Positions 39,306-51,925 of a DNA stretch of 64,000 nucleotides are shown piece by piece. Location of the stretch: assembly GCA_002269645.1 (NCBI GenBank), contig NIVC01000368.1, positions 124,001-188,000 on the forward strand, given 5' to 3'. The notes below the pieces were generated by a model that saw only the letters and a program-made list of their open reading frames with translations, ran no database searches and was not told the origin of the DNA. Every line of letters starts with the position of its first letter. Positions within the stretch are counted from its first letter, which is position 1. The position numbers and the translations under genes are program-made. Source of the DNA: Macrostomum lignano. Taxonomy: Eukaryota.

Positions 39306-42019
39306 ATACTTTGTTCTTAAGTCGGTCAGCCATTTAAGTAAAGCCGGATTTCGTATGATCCCATGGCTTTTACATAAGCCTATCTAAGCCGTCCTTGTAT
39401 ACACTAGCTTTCATTTGTTTGTACTAGCGATCCTTAGTTGTTGGCTCATTTGATGTGAGAACCTGGTAAATTAAATTACTGTACACGTATAATACCCTTT
39501 CGAAAAATGTACAATTACCAATTTAATAAATGATTTGTTTAAATCGGCAAAACAAATGTAATTTGCAGACTATACCAAACTGCATGGTTAATTATGTAAC
39601 TATATCAAACAACAACGAACAATATTATATTTTGGCAGTGCTGTCAGACGGTGAACTGCATATGGCAGGGATACGAGAATATATATTTTTTCACGACCTG
39701 GCAGTGAGGGGTCACTCCGATTTGATCGTCAGGTTTCTCGTTTGTTTGTCTTGGTAGTTCTCGATCCAATTGCTTCCTAGTCCCTGACCAGCCTGGGTGC
39801 AGATCCATATCTTCTACATGCATGCACTGCTGCGGTACATGTACATGTGTGCGCATGCACGGACTATATGTACGTATGATGAGGACGCACTTTTTCCCAA
39901 ATCCCACGCTAGCACATGGGCTCTAAACCTACTAGCCTACTAACAGCTAGTGGGCGATTGGCATTTTTATCCTTTTTCTGCGAATAGTCATAGAATCTAT
40001 ACTAGATATAATGTCTGGCCATACTAGTAGTCATAATAACATAGGCATTGCTTTTTGGGTCATAAATCATCGCTTTCGAAGCTGGTCTGACAGCCACCTG
40101 CGCCTCAATCAGTGTTGAGACGGGCGCCAGATGGTCTGAGAGGATGCGGGCGGTAGCTTTTTTCTCATCATTTTGACAGGCCATCAAGATTTATGAGGTC
40201 AGAGCCTATCGTTCGTGTTCACTCAAGCGTGTGACAGCTTTGACAGCTATGCGTTTTACCCCTAAAAGTACCTTGGGATTAGCGATTAGCTGCAATTTCT
40301 CTTCATTATCTTCACTTTCTATTTAATAAGAGCTTTCTAATGTATATTTTTTCATTAATTTCTGTCAATCCTACGCAAAAAGTCATAAATCATTTTGTTG
40401 CGATTTTGAGTGATTTATGGCCGCACCTGTCATCTTTTTACGACCCTGTGGGAACTGATAGGATCTCTCGGTCACGTGGTTCTGGGTAGCAACAAGCTTA
40501 GCCAATCAGAAAATTCGGCGCTCATTTTAACAAAACGGCTCAGCCAATCAGAATCGACGTGTTCCATTATAACAAACTGCGGTCCAGTTGGCGGCTTTTT
40601 AAACCGGAGTTTTTGGCCCGCTCGGATTGCAACTTCGTAACTTTTCGCTTGCTCTCGGCCAGGAACTCTTTCCCCGGCCTGACCGTCGTTTCTTGATCCC
40701 CGGATTGCGACTCCCCCCATCATCATCAAGGACGAGTCCCCCCGTCATCAGCAGCGAACATCAAGTGAAGAGCATCACCTGCTAGCTATCAGCGAAGATT
40801 GTGACAGCATCATCCCGAGTCTACAGCTACAGAGCATCAAGCCGAATCGGTCACTGTGGATTACCATGGTCTCCGGCTGTTGAGTTTCTGATTGGTTGGG
40901 TGAGAGGCTACCTAGACTTGCTTGATTGGGTGATCCCCTATCTGTCCCCTGTTTCAGTAGCTGAATTAGGCGCACACTTTTGCTCATTTTGTTCAGTAGT
41001 GCTGTTGCTGAGGCAGAAATCACTTAATAATACTGCTAGTAGTCTGAAACTCCAATTCAATCTGAGGTGTGAAGCGATCTAAGGAGAAGGTTAAATCTAA
41101 CAGTTATTTTTATCGGTTTTATTTCTTTGTTCGCCGATGGCTCAGATGAGTAGCTAAGCTAGTAGGCGCCGGTCACAGTGGACCAATGGCAAGGCAGTTC
41201 TCAGTCGATCAATCTATCAAATCAGTGAGCAAAACTGCCATAAGTGCATAATCGGCGCCAGAGATGTACTTTGTGCACTCTAGGTTAGCCAAGCGGCTCG
41301 GGTAATGAATCACGCGGTCTCTGATGTTCGAGTTAGTCTATCATCAGCGCTATGAGAGGCTAGTTGGCGCGTTGAAGGCCAAAAGTACATATCTTCGTAT
41401 TTAGCAATGTAATAGTACATGTAGCTACCCCATAGACTCGACTGCAAGAATCCCCTGCACAAGTCCCCTCTGTACCTGCATGGCCAATGCGATCTAGTCC
41501 CAGCAGTGTCCCTTACCATCGGCTATGACTTCGAGATTGACAGCAAAAAGACACTAGTTGGCAGGTAAGTGCAAAGCCCCTTCTAGTCAGAAGCCCGATT
41601 TCGAGAGCCCCGGTGTGGTGAGTCAGGGCGCACGGGCTGGTGGCAGCAAGTTAGTTGATCTGCGGATTAGCTAATTTCTACCTTCAAAATTCTCCCTGCT
41701 CGTCTCTCTCTGTCCCTCTCTTAGCTATAGGACCTAGACTGCTCGCCACACGATCAAGCTACCATGGGGCTGACCATCTGACAGGAGTGGGGGGCCAGGA
41801 CTCTAATTGATTTATTTCTGAGGCCTGAGGCCCGAAGGCTTCCCGAACAAGGGGCCCGAAGGTCGAAACCCATCACGTACATCGTTTTCTTAAGTAGTCC
41901 GTGGCATGGTGTTTGTGGAACGTACATGTCGATTTTCCAGGCTGTGCCTTGCGTGCATCAGTACGTCGAGTGCTCGCTCAGCGGTAGCGGAAACAGCTAA
42001 ATCTAGCTGATCCACAATT

Positions 42020-42325
42020 GTCCAGAAGTGTCCCCAGCCCACCTGCACCCCAGCAACCGCTTGATATGTCAGAAGTGTCCCCAGCCCACCTGCACCCCAG
42101 CAACCGCATGTCAGAAGTGTCCCCAGCCCACCTGCACCCCAGCAACCGCATGATATGTCAGAAGTGTCCCCAGCCCACCTGCACCCCAGCAACCGCATGT
42201 CAGAAGTGTCCCCAGCCCACCTGCACCCCAGCAACCGCATGTCAGAAGTGTCCCCAGCCCACCTGCACCCCAGCAACCGCATGTCAGAAGTGTCCCCAGC
42301 CCACCTGCACCTCGATCAGCACCGC
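42020..42325. repeat. 42-bp minisatellite (~7 copies)
   Basis: ATGTCAGAAGTGTCCCCAGCCCACCTGCACCCCAGCAACCGC tandem copies. Confidence 0.95.
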
Positions 42326-42695
42326 ATGCCAAAAGTGCCACAAGCCATCACTCCCAGCTGCACCGGTGCCTCACCGATCTCACTCAGATCTCCTCCTGCT
42401 GCTCCGAGGCCCCGCCAGTTCCCTAAAAGTCTCAGCGAAGCCGACAGCCTGTTGGACAACCATGGCCTCGGCAGAGAGCGAGTTCCGGCAGGCGGGCGAG
42501 CCGAGCCAGGCGGAGCGTCTGCACCAAATTCTGAAGAAGCCGGGCACTCGCCAGAACTGCCCTAAAGAAAAACTTTTGTGTATGATTTTTTTATTTAATA
42601 ACTGAAATGCACGTTTAATTGTATCTTTAAGTTTGGAGTCTAAGTTAAATAAGTGGGTTTGTTAGCGATGTCAGCAAGTGTTGACTATTTGATAC

Positions 42696-43212
42696 TAATG
42701 TCAACTGTTAGATACTGATGTCACCTGTTAGATACTGATGTCAACTGTTAGGTACTGATGTCAACTGTTAGGTACTGATGTCAACTGTTAGATATTGATG
42801 TCACCTGTTAGATACTGATGTCAACTGTTAGATACTGATGTCACCTGTTAGATACTGATGTCACCTGTTAGATATTGATGTCAACTGTTAGATATTGATG
42901 TCAACTGTTAGATATTGATATGTCAACTGTTAGATACTGATGTCACCTGTTAGATATTGATATGTCACCTGTTAGATACTGATGTCATCTGTTAGATACT
43001 GATGTCACCTGTTAGATACTGATGTCACATGTAAGATACTGATATCACCTGTTAGATACTGATGTCACCTATTAGATACTGATGTCACCTGTTAGATATT
43101 GATATGTCACCTGTTAGATATTGATATTTCACCTGTTAGATACTGATGTCACCTGTTAGATATTGATATGTCACCTGTTAGATACTGATGCCACCCGTTA
43201 GACACTGATGCC
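42696..43212. repeat. 20-bp minisatellite (GATGTCACCTGTTAGATACT)
   Basis: About 25 copies with 22-bp variants. Confidence 0.95.
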
Positions 43213-43384
43213 AAGTGTCAGTGGCAAACCCAAGTGACCATTCTCCATCTATTTCAAGTTCAGCAACAGAAAAGTCCTCAGTCATAAGCATTTTCTGCAA
43301 AATATTTGCCATGCAACTGCAAACTGAATTGAAAATCTTCAGAGAGCTCTGCTTGGCTTCCAGCCTCAGCCCTGCCCTCCCGTT

Positions 43385-44066
43385 CAGCTCGCAAGCCTTC
43401 TACGACTTCCTCCGCAGCAACGGCGTGCAGCACCGCTCCATCACTCCGTACCACCTGGCAGCAAATGGAGTCACCGAACGCATCAACCGCTCGATTAACA
43501 AGATCATCCGCATCGCAAGCATCGAGAAATCCGACTGGCGGGCCGCACTAGAAGACTGGCTGGATGCCTACCGCAACACGCCGCACAGCAGCACTGGAGC
43601 CACCCCTGCGGAGCTGATGTTCCAGCGACAGGTGCAAGACTGCATCCCCAGCATGCGGCAGCGCAGCCGAGTGCCCAGCACTTTGGCCGCGGTCAGGGCT
43701 CACGACAGCGCCGCCAAACAACGGATGGCGCGCCATGCAGATGAGCGCCGAAGAGCCGCCAGCCACAACGTCATGGCAGGCGACTCGGTGCCGCGCAGGC
43801 GGCGCCCTGCCTCCAAAATGCAGACACCCTTCGAGCCAGAGCCGTGGGTCGTCGAGGAGGTTAAAGGCGACTCCCTCATCCTGCGCAGAGCGCACGAGTC
43901 CTGCATGCGCCACATCACAGACCTCAAGTGCCTGCCGACGACCGACTTCCCGCCACCGCCGCCCACGCCGCCACCAACCGAAGGCAGGCCGAAGTCACCC
44001 GAGTCCATCGCGCTGCGGGCTCACCCACGTGTGTGTAAAAGCCGACCAATGAGTTTAAACCACTGA
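43385..44066 (+). mobile_element. Ty3/Gypsy integrase C-terminal fragment (K02A2.6-like)
   Basis: FLRSNGVQHRSITPYH..ANG.TER.NR.I...YRNTPHSSTG.TPAELMF integrase core end and GPY/F-like region; upstream pol is absent. Confidence 0.85.
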
Positions 44067-44231
44067 GCTAATTGACTGACTTTGCGAGAAACTGACTGAT
44101 CTTTTAAATTTTACAAGCAAACTGTGCGCTCCATATTTTTGGTAAAGGGGTGTCCCTGCCGGTCTCGTTTTATTTTTTAATCTTCAGCTGCATAGCTTTT
44201 TGCTTTTGCTTCAAAGGCCAAATATTTGCAA

Positions 44232-44547
44232 ATAATGCTCGTATTTATATTCGAAACTAATGCTCGTATTTATATTCGAAACTAATGCTCGTATTTATAT
44301 TCGAAACTAATGCTCGTATTTATATTCGAAACAAATGCTCGTATTTATATTCGAAACTAATGCTCGTATTTATATTCGAAACAAATGCTCGTATTTATAT
44401 TCGAAACTAATGCTCGTATTTATATTCAAAACTAATGCTCATATTTATATTCGAAACTAATGCTCGTATTTATATTCAAAACTAATGCTCATATTTATAT
44501 TCGAAACTAATGCTCGTATTTATATTCGAAACTAATGCTCGTATTTC
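44232..44547. repeat. 25-bp minisatellite (TAATGCTCGTATTTATATTCGAAAC)
   Basis: About 12 near-identical copies. Confidence 0.97.
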
Positions 44548-45258
44548 CTAACTTTTATCCGCTTGGGGAAGGATGTTGGCCGTACGCCGTTTAACTCTCT
44601 GACCCTCAAGTGTACAATGCCTGCCCCCGTCGTTCTGCAGCCAATCAGCTTGCACGCTTCTTGTACGAGTATATCAGGCGCAACTCCACCCCACGCAAAT
44701 ATCGATTTCTAAATATATATATTGGCGCTCAAGGCCGCGCAGTGGCCAAGCCTTTTCTTACCCCTAAAACAAATCTACACATATAAGACTGGAAAACGCA
44801 AATAACAATCGTACGATACGAAAAAATTAGGCAATCTTTCTCCTAAACATGGACGACCTATTGATTTTCGCATGAAAAAATAGGGGGTGTGAGGAATTTT
44901 TGTATAAAGCTACTCTCCCGCTTATCTTATTTTGAACTCCGCTTATCGTACAGCGATGCTGCCCCACATCGACATATCGACTGTCCTATCATTTAACACT
45001 GCCCTCTGTCTCCCTACAAGTGCGCCAAAGTCGAACTAACCCATATAGCTGATCTTGAAGATAAAGCAGAGAATCGGCCTCAGTCCATTTAAACACAGGG
45101 AGAGCTCAGAGATTTCAGTCCGTGACAGCGGGACTTTTGCTGCTGCTGCTGAGCTGGCAGGCAAATTCGCTTGAAGAAGAGCAAAGCACCCAGTTTGAAG
45201 CCGTGTGGAACAGACAGCAGATCGGCAGAGAAGCGCTGCTAGGAGAAGCAGTGTAGAC

Positions 45259-45914
45259 ATGGCAACAGAGATACAGCGGAAGCTGAGAGCGGCGCCGGAA
45301 GCTGGAGACAGCAGGAAGCTGCAGCGACTGTGCGGCAAGGTCGGCAGCAACATCGAGCTGGAGGTGGGCGGCTTTGACACACAAGACTATCCCTTTGAAC
45401 GGATTTGCAAAATGCCGCTGGCCCATCACGTGGCCTGCAAGCCGGTGAGTTCGTCGTGTCTGGAGCTGCTGATTGACAGATTCGGACCCGACTGTCTGAC
45501 ACAAAGAAATGATAGGGGTGATGGTGAGACTCCAGTGCACTTGGCAGCCCTGCATCAGGACGAGTCTTGGATGGAGCTGGTTAAAGAGAAGGGAGGCAGA
45601 GGCTGCATGAGAATTGTCTATCGAAAGGGAAAGACAGTCGCTCACTTTGCCGCTATGAACAGAAAAAGCAACTCTTGTCTGAAGTGGCTGGTGAAGGAGC
45701 TCAGCAGCGACTGTCTCACAGCTCCTGATAAAGACGGTGACACGGCCGTCCATTTGGCTGCTCTGTGGCAGCCAGTCGACTCTCTTCAGCTCATTTTTGA
45801 CCAAATCGGAGCCGAAATGTTCAGCTTGAAGAACAACAAGGGCGAAACACCGGCTGATGAGATTTATTGGTGCCGCACAGACCAGTCAGCAAAGCGGGCC
45901 TGGATTTCAGCTGG
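45259..45914 (+). CDS. Ankyrin-repeat exon (about 4-5 repeats), probable 5' part of an ANK-kinase gene
   Basis: GETPVHLAA, GKTVAHFAA, GDTAVHLAA, GETPAD motifs; ATG at 45259; donor GG|GTGAGT at 45915 (phase 2). Confidence 0.85.
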
Positions 45915-46404
45915 GTGAGTCCTGACTGAGAACTGCTGCCTGAACTGCTGCCTACTGGGAATATTGTTGGCGAAAAGTCATTGAAATTCTCAGCAGCGCC
46001 ACAGCCAAGCGAGGGCGTCACGAATTTGTTACGGCAGCTCCTCATGGCACCTCCACCCTCCCCAAAGCGCCCCACCCTCCCTATAATTAGCGCCCCGACC
46101 CCCATCCACAGATCAATTTGCAGGAGGAGCTACCATGAAGGAATAGTATGGATGGCTAATCTAGCCTACAATGAAGGACTTTAGCACAAAGACAGTTTAA
46201 GTGCCTGTCGTCATGGTGACCCATCAATATTTAACGATTGTGAAACTCTTCGACTTTTTGTATAAAACTGCTTGATTGGCTGAGATGACTCATTGGCGAT
46301 AAGCCACCTGTAATGCAAAAACTAGCAAAGCCGGAAGTGACACGGTGATACTCAATATCCTGGGACTCGCATTTTCTCCGTTCTGAGCTCAAAAGAGCAT
46401 GAGG

Positions 46405-49400
46405 TGGCAGTGACGCAAAAAGGTGGTGACGCAGAAGGGTGGTGACGCAGAAGGGTGGTGATGCAGAAGGGTGCAGTGATGCAGAAGGGTGGTGACGCAG
46501 AAGGGTGGTGACACAGAAGGGTGGTGACGCAGAAGGGTGGTGATGCAGAAGGGTGGTGATGCAGAAGGGTGGTGATGCAGAAGGGTGGTGACGCAAAAAG
46601 GTGGTGACGCAGAAGGGTGGTGACGCAGAAGGGTGGTGATGCAGAAGGGTGCAGTGATGCAGAAGGGTGGTGACGCAGAAGGGTGGTGATGCAGAAGGGT
46701 GGTGATGCAGAAGGGTGGTGACGCAGAAGGGTGGTGATGCAGAAGGGTGGTGACGCAGAAGGGTGGTGATGCAGAAGGGTGGTGATGCAGAAGGGTGGTG
46801 ACACAGAAGGGTGGTGATGCAGAAGGGTGGTGATGCAGAAGGGTGCAGTGATGCAGAAGGGTGGTGACGCAGAAGGGTGGTGATGCAGAAGGGTGGTGAC
46901 GCAAAAAGGTGGTGACGCAGAAGGGTGGTGACGCAGAAGGGTGGTGATGCAGAAGGGTGCAGTGATGCAGAAGGGTGGTGACGCAGAAGGGTGGTGATGC
47001 AGAAGGGTGGTGATGCAGAAGGGTGGTGACGCAGAAGGGTGGTGATGCAGAAGGGTGGTGACGCGGAAGGGTGGTGATGCAGAAGGGTGGTGATGCAGAA
47101 GGGTGGTGACACAGAAGGGTGGTGATGCAGAAGGGTGGTGACGCAGAAGGGTGGTGATGCAGAAGGGTGGTGACACAGAAGGGTGGTGATGCAGAAGGGT
47201 GGTGACGCAGAAGGGTGGTGATGCAGAAGGGTGGTGACACAGAAGGGTGGTGATGCAGAAGGGTGGTGATGCAGAAGGGTGGTGACACAGAAGGGTGGTG
47301 ACACAGAAGGGTGGTGACGCAGAAGGGTGGTGATGCAGAAGGGTGGTGATGCAGAAGGGTGGTGACACAGAAGGGTGGTGATGCAGAAGGGTGGTGATGC
47401 AGAAGGGTGGTGACACAGAAGGGTGGTGACACAGAAGGGTGTTGATGCAGAAGGGTGGTGATGCAGAAGGGTGGTGATGCAGAAGGGTGGTGATGCAGAA
47501 GGGTGGTGACGCAAAAAGGTGGTGACGCAGAAGGGTGGTGACGCAGAAGGGTGGTGATGCAGAAGGGTGCAGTGATGCAGAAGGGTGGTGACGCAGAAGG
47601 GTGGTGATGCAGAAGGGTGGTGATGCAGAAGGGTGGTGACGCAGAAGGGTGGTGATGCAGAAGGGTGGTGACGCAGAAGGGTGGTGATGCAGAAGGGTGG
47701 TGATGCAGAAGGGTGGTGACACAGAAGGGTGGTGATGCAGAAGGGTGGTGATGCAGAAGGGTGCAGTGATGCAGAAGGGTGGTGACGCAGAAGGGTGGTG
47801 ATGCAGAAGGGTGGTGACGCAAAAAGGTGGTGACGCAGAAGGGTGGTGACGCAGAAGGGTGGTGATGCAAAAGGGTGCAGTGATGCAGAAGGGTGGTGAC
47901 GCAGAAGGGTGGTGATGCAGAAGGGTGGTGATGCAGAAGGGTGGTGACGCAGAAGGGTGGTGATGCAGAAGGGTGGTGACGCGGAAGGGTGGTGATGCAG
48001 AAGGGTGGTGATGCAGAAGGGTGGTGACACAGAAGGGTGGTGATGCAGAAGGGTGGTGACGCAGAAGGGTGGTGATGCAGAAGGGTGGTGACACAGAAGG
48101 GTGGTGATGCAGAAGGGTGGTGACGCAGAAGGGTGGTGATGCAGAAGGGTGGTGACACAGAAGGGTGGTGATGCAGAAGGGTGGTGATGCAGAAGGGTGG
48201 TGACACAGAAGGGTGGTGACACAGAAGGGTGGTGACGCAGAAGGGTGGTGATGCAGAAGGGTGGTGATGCAGAAGGGTGGTGACACAGAAGGGTGGTGAT
48301 GCAGAAGGGTGGTGATGCAGAAGGGTGGTGACACAGAAGGGTGGTGACACAGAAGGGTGTTGATGCAGAAGGGTGGTGATGCAGAAGGGTGGTGACACAG
48401 AAGGGTGGTGATGCAGAAGGGTGGTGACGCAGAAGGGTGGTGATGCAGAAGGGTGGTGACACAGAAGGGTGGTGATGCAGAAGGGTGGTGACGCAGAAGG
48501 GTGGTGATGCAGAAGGGTGGTGACACAGAAGGGTGGTGATGCAGAAGGGTGGTGATGCAGAAGGGTGGTGACACAGAAGGGTGGTGACACAGAAGGGTGG
48601 TGACGCAGAAGGGTGGTGATGCAGAAGGGTGGTGACACAGAAGGGTGGTGATGCAGAAGGGTGGTGATGCAGAAGGGTGGTGACACAGAAGGGTGGTGAC
48701 ACAGAAGGGTGGTGACGCAGAAGGGTGGTGATGCAGAAGGGTGGTGATGCAGAAGGGTGGTGACACAGAAGGGTGGTGATGCAGAAGGGTGGTGATGCAG
48801 AAGGGTGGTGACACAGAAGGGTGGTGACACAGAAGGGTGTTGATGCAGAAGGGTGGTGACGCAGAAGGGTGGTGACGCAGAAGGGTGGTGATGCAGAAGG
48901 GTGGTGACACAGAAGGGTGGTGACACAGAAGGGTGGTGATGCAGAAGGGTGGTGATGCAGAAGGGTGGTGACACAGAAGGGTGGTGACACAGAAGGGTGT
49001 TGATGCAGAAGGGTGGTGACGCAGAAGGGTGGTGACGCAGAAGGGTGGTGATGCAGAAGGGTGGTGACACAGAAGGGTGGTGATGCAGAAGGGTGGTGAC
49101 ACAGAAGGGTGGTGACGCAGAAGGGTGGTGACACAGAAGGGTGGTGACACAGAAGGGTGGTGACACAGAAGGGTGGTGACGCAGAAGGGTGGTGATGCAG
49201 AAGGGTGGTGATGCAGAAGGGTGGTGACACAGAAGGGTGGTGATGCAGAAGGGTGGTGATGCAGAAGGGTGGTGACACAGAAGGGTGGTGACACAGAAGG
49301 GTGTTGATGCAGAAGGGTGGTGACGCAGAAGGGTGGTGACGCAGAAGGGTGGTGATGCAGAAGGGTGGTGATGCAGAAGGGTGGTGACACAGAAGGGTGG

Positions 49401-49572
49401 TGATGCAGAAGGGTGGTGACACAGAAGGGTGGTGACGCAGAAGGGTGGTGACACAGAAGGGTGGTGACACAGAAGGGTGGTGACGCAGAAGGGTGGTGAT
49501 GCAGAAGGGTGGTGACGCAGAAGGGCGGTGATGCAGAAGGGTGCAGTGACGCAGAAGGGTGGTGACGCAGAA
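46405..49572. repeat. 16-bp minisatellite (GTGATGCAGAAGGGTG, ~195 copies), intronic
   Basis: Tandem array with diagnostic variants; explains the three >1000-aa minus-strand ORFs. Confidence 0.99.
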
Positions 49573-49648
49573 GGCTGAGTGACTCCAAAGTACTCAGAAA
49601 GCCCCAAGCAACACAAAACTCATCGAATTCCTTCACCTCATGTTTCAG

Positions 49649-49738
49649 CGCCAAGAAGCAGCTGGACCCCAGCTTCACCGACTGGGACTTCATCCTGCAA
49701 GACAACAAAAGCAGCTCATCGGCCGTGGTGGATTCGGC
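49649..49738 (+). pseudogene. Kinase exon 5' part (up to GRGGFG), disrupted
   Basis: TGTTTCAG| acceptor; the phase-2 frame reads AKKQLDPSFTDWDFILQDN, then after a 1-nt shift in the A4 run (49707-49710) KQLIGRGGFG, ending at the MITE. Confidence 0.7.
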
Positions 49739-50436
49739 CAAGGACGACTTAAGTAGAAGGACGGGAAACCTCGTTTCTTAGAAAATTTTTGAAGGCACTT
49801 TTTCCCGAAAAAATACACTACGGAGATAGGAAATTTTCATTTTTTCAGCACAAAAATTGCTATTACTTTTGATAGGAGGCAGATCCAGTGCTCATCTTTT
49901 GATATGTTGTGCCTTTTTTATTGCTCTATCGATATTTATAAAGCTTTTAGTTCAGAAAATTAGGATTCTATGTAAATTTTTTATTCTCCGTATATTTTTA
50001 CGTGTCTTGTGATTGAAATACATTAGAATGCCACGGCTCGGCTCTTTGGTTTTAGAAGTATATTTTATCATTCTTAACTGACTGTTTAGCAAATATTCGT
50101 ATCAGAGATGATAAAACAGGTTCATAAAAGCAAATATTGGAGCTGTGTCATGCATTTTTGTGATTTTCAGATACAGGAAATGTACGTAGAATAAAAAATT
50201 GACATATAATCCTAATTTTCTGAACGAAAAGCTTTATAAATATCGATAAAGCAATAAAAAAGGCACAACATATCAAAAGATGAGCACTGGATCTGCCTCC
50301 TATCAAAAGTAATAGCAATTTTTGTGCTGAAAAAATGAAAATTTCCTATCTCCGTAGTGTATTTTTTCGGGAAAAAGTGCCTTCAAAAATTTTCTAAGAA
50401 ACGAGGTTTCCCGTCCTTCTACTTAAGTCGTCCTTG
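49739..50436. mobile_element. 698-bp non-autonomous DNA transposon (MITE) with ~255-bp TIRs and 8-bp TSD GATTCGGC
   Basis: Begins CAAGGACGACTTAAGTAG, ends CTACTTAAGTCGTCCTTG; GATTCGGC at 49731-49738 and 50437-50444. An 8-bp TSD is typical of hAT/P/Merlin; the superfamily is not resolved. Confidence 0.95.
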
Positions 50437-50738
50437 GATTCGGCAAGGGGTACAAGACTCTCACAGACCGCAACCAGACGGTGGCTGTCAAGGTGCTGCC
50501 CCTGAGCCAAGCTAAACAAGGAAAAAATACTGAGGAACTGAAGAAAAAACTTCTAATGGAAGTTGTGATCCTCAAGCGACTCTCGCATCCCAACATTGTG
50601 CAGTTCCTCAAGTGCGAGCAGAAGTCGGATGGGCTGTACATCTTCACCGAGCTGGTCTCGGGTCACAGCCTCTTTGAGCTGATGCAGCGTCAGAACAAGC
50701 CGTTCGAGGAATCCGAGGTCAGGGACTTCTCCAGACAG
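50437..50738 (+). pseudogene. Ser/Thr protein kinase N-lobe (continuation after the MITE)
   Basis: KGYK...VAVK...EVVILKRLSHPNIVQFL...LYIFTELVSGHSL; donor CAG|GTGCGT at 50739. Confidence 0.85.
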
Positions 50739-50859
50739 GTGCGTCTCTGGGTTCTCTGGAATTGTGGGATCAGTGTGGGATCAGTGTGGGATCAGTAAGG
50801 GTGGAATCTAGAATGGATAGGTGCACTCTCAGGACTGCCCAAAACCGCTTCACCTGCAG

Positions 50860-51345
50860 ATCTGCTCAAGCCTGAACTTCCTGCACTGCCAGCCGGAGAG
50901 CGCCATCTTGCACCGGGATTTAAACTGCAAGAACGTGATGCTTACCAACGAGGGCGTCATCAAGCTGATCGACTTCGGTCTCGCCAAGGAGATCGTCGGC
51001 ACCTGCGGCCTGAGCACAGGCGTCGATCCCAAAGGCACCCCCTACTTCATGGCGCCCGAGCTGTTCATAGGCGAGGAAAACTCGATTCCGTACTCAGCCA
51101 AGACCGACGTGTGGGCCTTCGGCTGCACCGTGTATGAGCTGACGGCCATGCAGCCTCCTGACGCGAACGTTCCGCAAAGCAGGATCGGCGTCCTGAGGTG
51201 CGCAGGGAGGGAGATGCCTCGGATTGCGGACGGGTTCTCAGCCGGCCTGAAGGACTTCTACCTCAGGTGCGTAGACTATGACCCGAGGAAGCGAGCGGAC
51301 ACCGCGGAGCTGCTGCGGCACAGCTTCCTGAGTGCCTCATCGTGA
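50860..51345 (+). pseudogene. Ser/Thr protein kinase C-lobe, terminal exon (STE/MAP3K-like)
   Basis: CCTGCAG| acceptor, phase 0; [41 protein letters not shown]. The frame here is intact, but the gene is interrupted upstream. Confidence 0.85.
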
Positions 51346-51925
51346 CTGCGAGAGCGATGGACTGTGAGGGAGCGGAGCGGCTTTTGAAGCTGTCATTTTC
51401 GCTTGCTGACATTGTCTGTTTTTGCTTATCCTGTTTCCCCTTTTTGTTTATCCGATAGCCCTTTTATTTATCTGATTGCATATTTTTAATCAATTGTTTT
51501 GTTTTGTTTATCCGCCTTCTTTGTTTGTTCGAATTGCTCAGAGTTTGAACTTATTGTTTTGTCGTCAATTGTCTTGATTAGTCTTGATTTGACTGCCGGG
51601 TTTGTTTTACCGGTTGCTCCTGCCAATTGATGAGACATTTTTGTGCTGACTCGAGTGCTGTTTCATTTTTAAGTTGATCAATGTTGATTTTCAAACTCTG
51701 GCGCAGAGCCAATCACAATTCCCCAATCTGCTCAGACCGCTCAATGCCTAATCCAGATTTCTGTTGCCGAGAATTTTTCACATTTTCAGCCCCTGGGTTT
51801 GGCGCTTTTTCCAGCACAGATTTTTGTATTTGATTTTTGGACTGACTTTTTATTAGCAACTGTTGAAGCAGGAAGTCCAGTGCTTACTCAAGAGTTCTCA
51901 GTTAAATATACAGCCACCGTTTGGC

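Noticed and set aside
41620-41880. Structured GC-rich segment with hairpins (TTAGTTGATC-TGCG-GATTAGCTAA) tested as an HDV-like or hammerhead ribozyme
   Set aside because: A consistent P1/P2/P3 nested pseudoknot or CTGANGA/GAAA core could not be assembled on either strand by hand. An Infernal or RNArobo search would be needed.
46231-49741. Three >1000-aa His/Cys/Pro-rich ORFs
   Set aside because: All three minus-strand frames are open simply because the 16-bp unit lacks stops on that strand; not a real metal-binding protein.
49739-50436. MITE as a cleanly spliced introner
   Set aside because: The candidate donor (AA|GTAGAA) and acceptors (CTTAAG|, GGCAAG|) tested do not restore the kinase reading frame.
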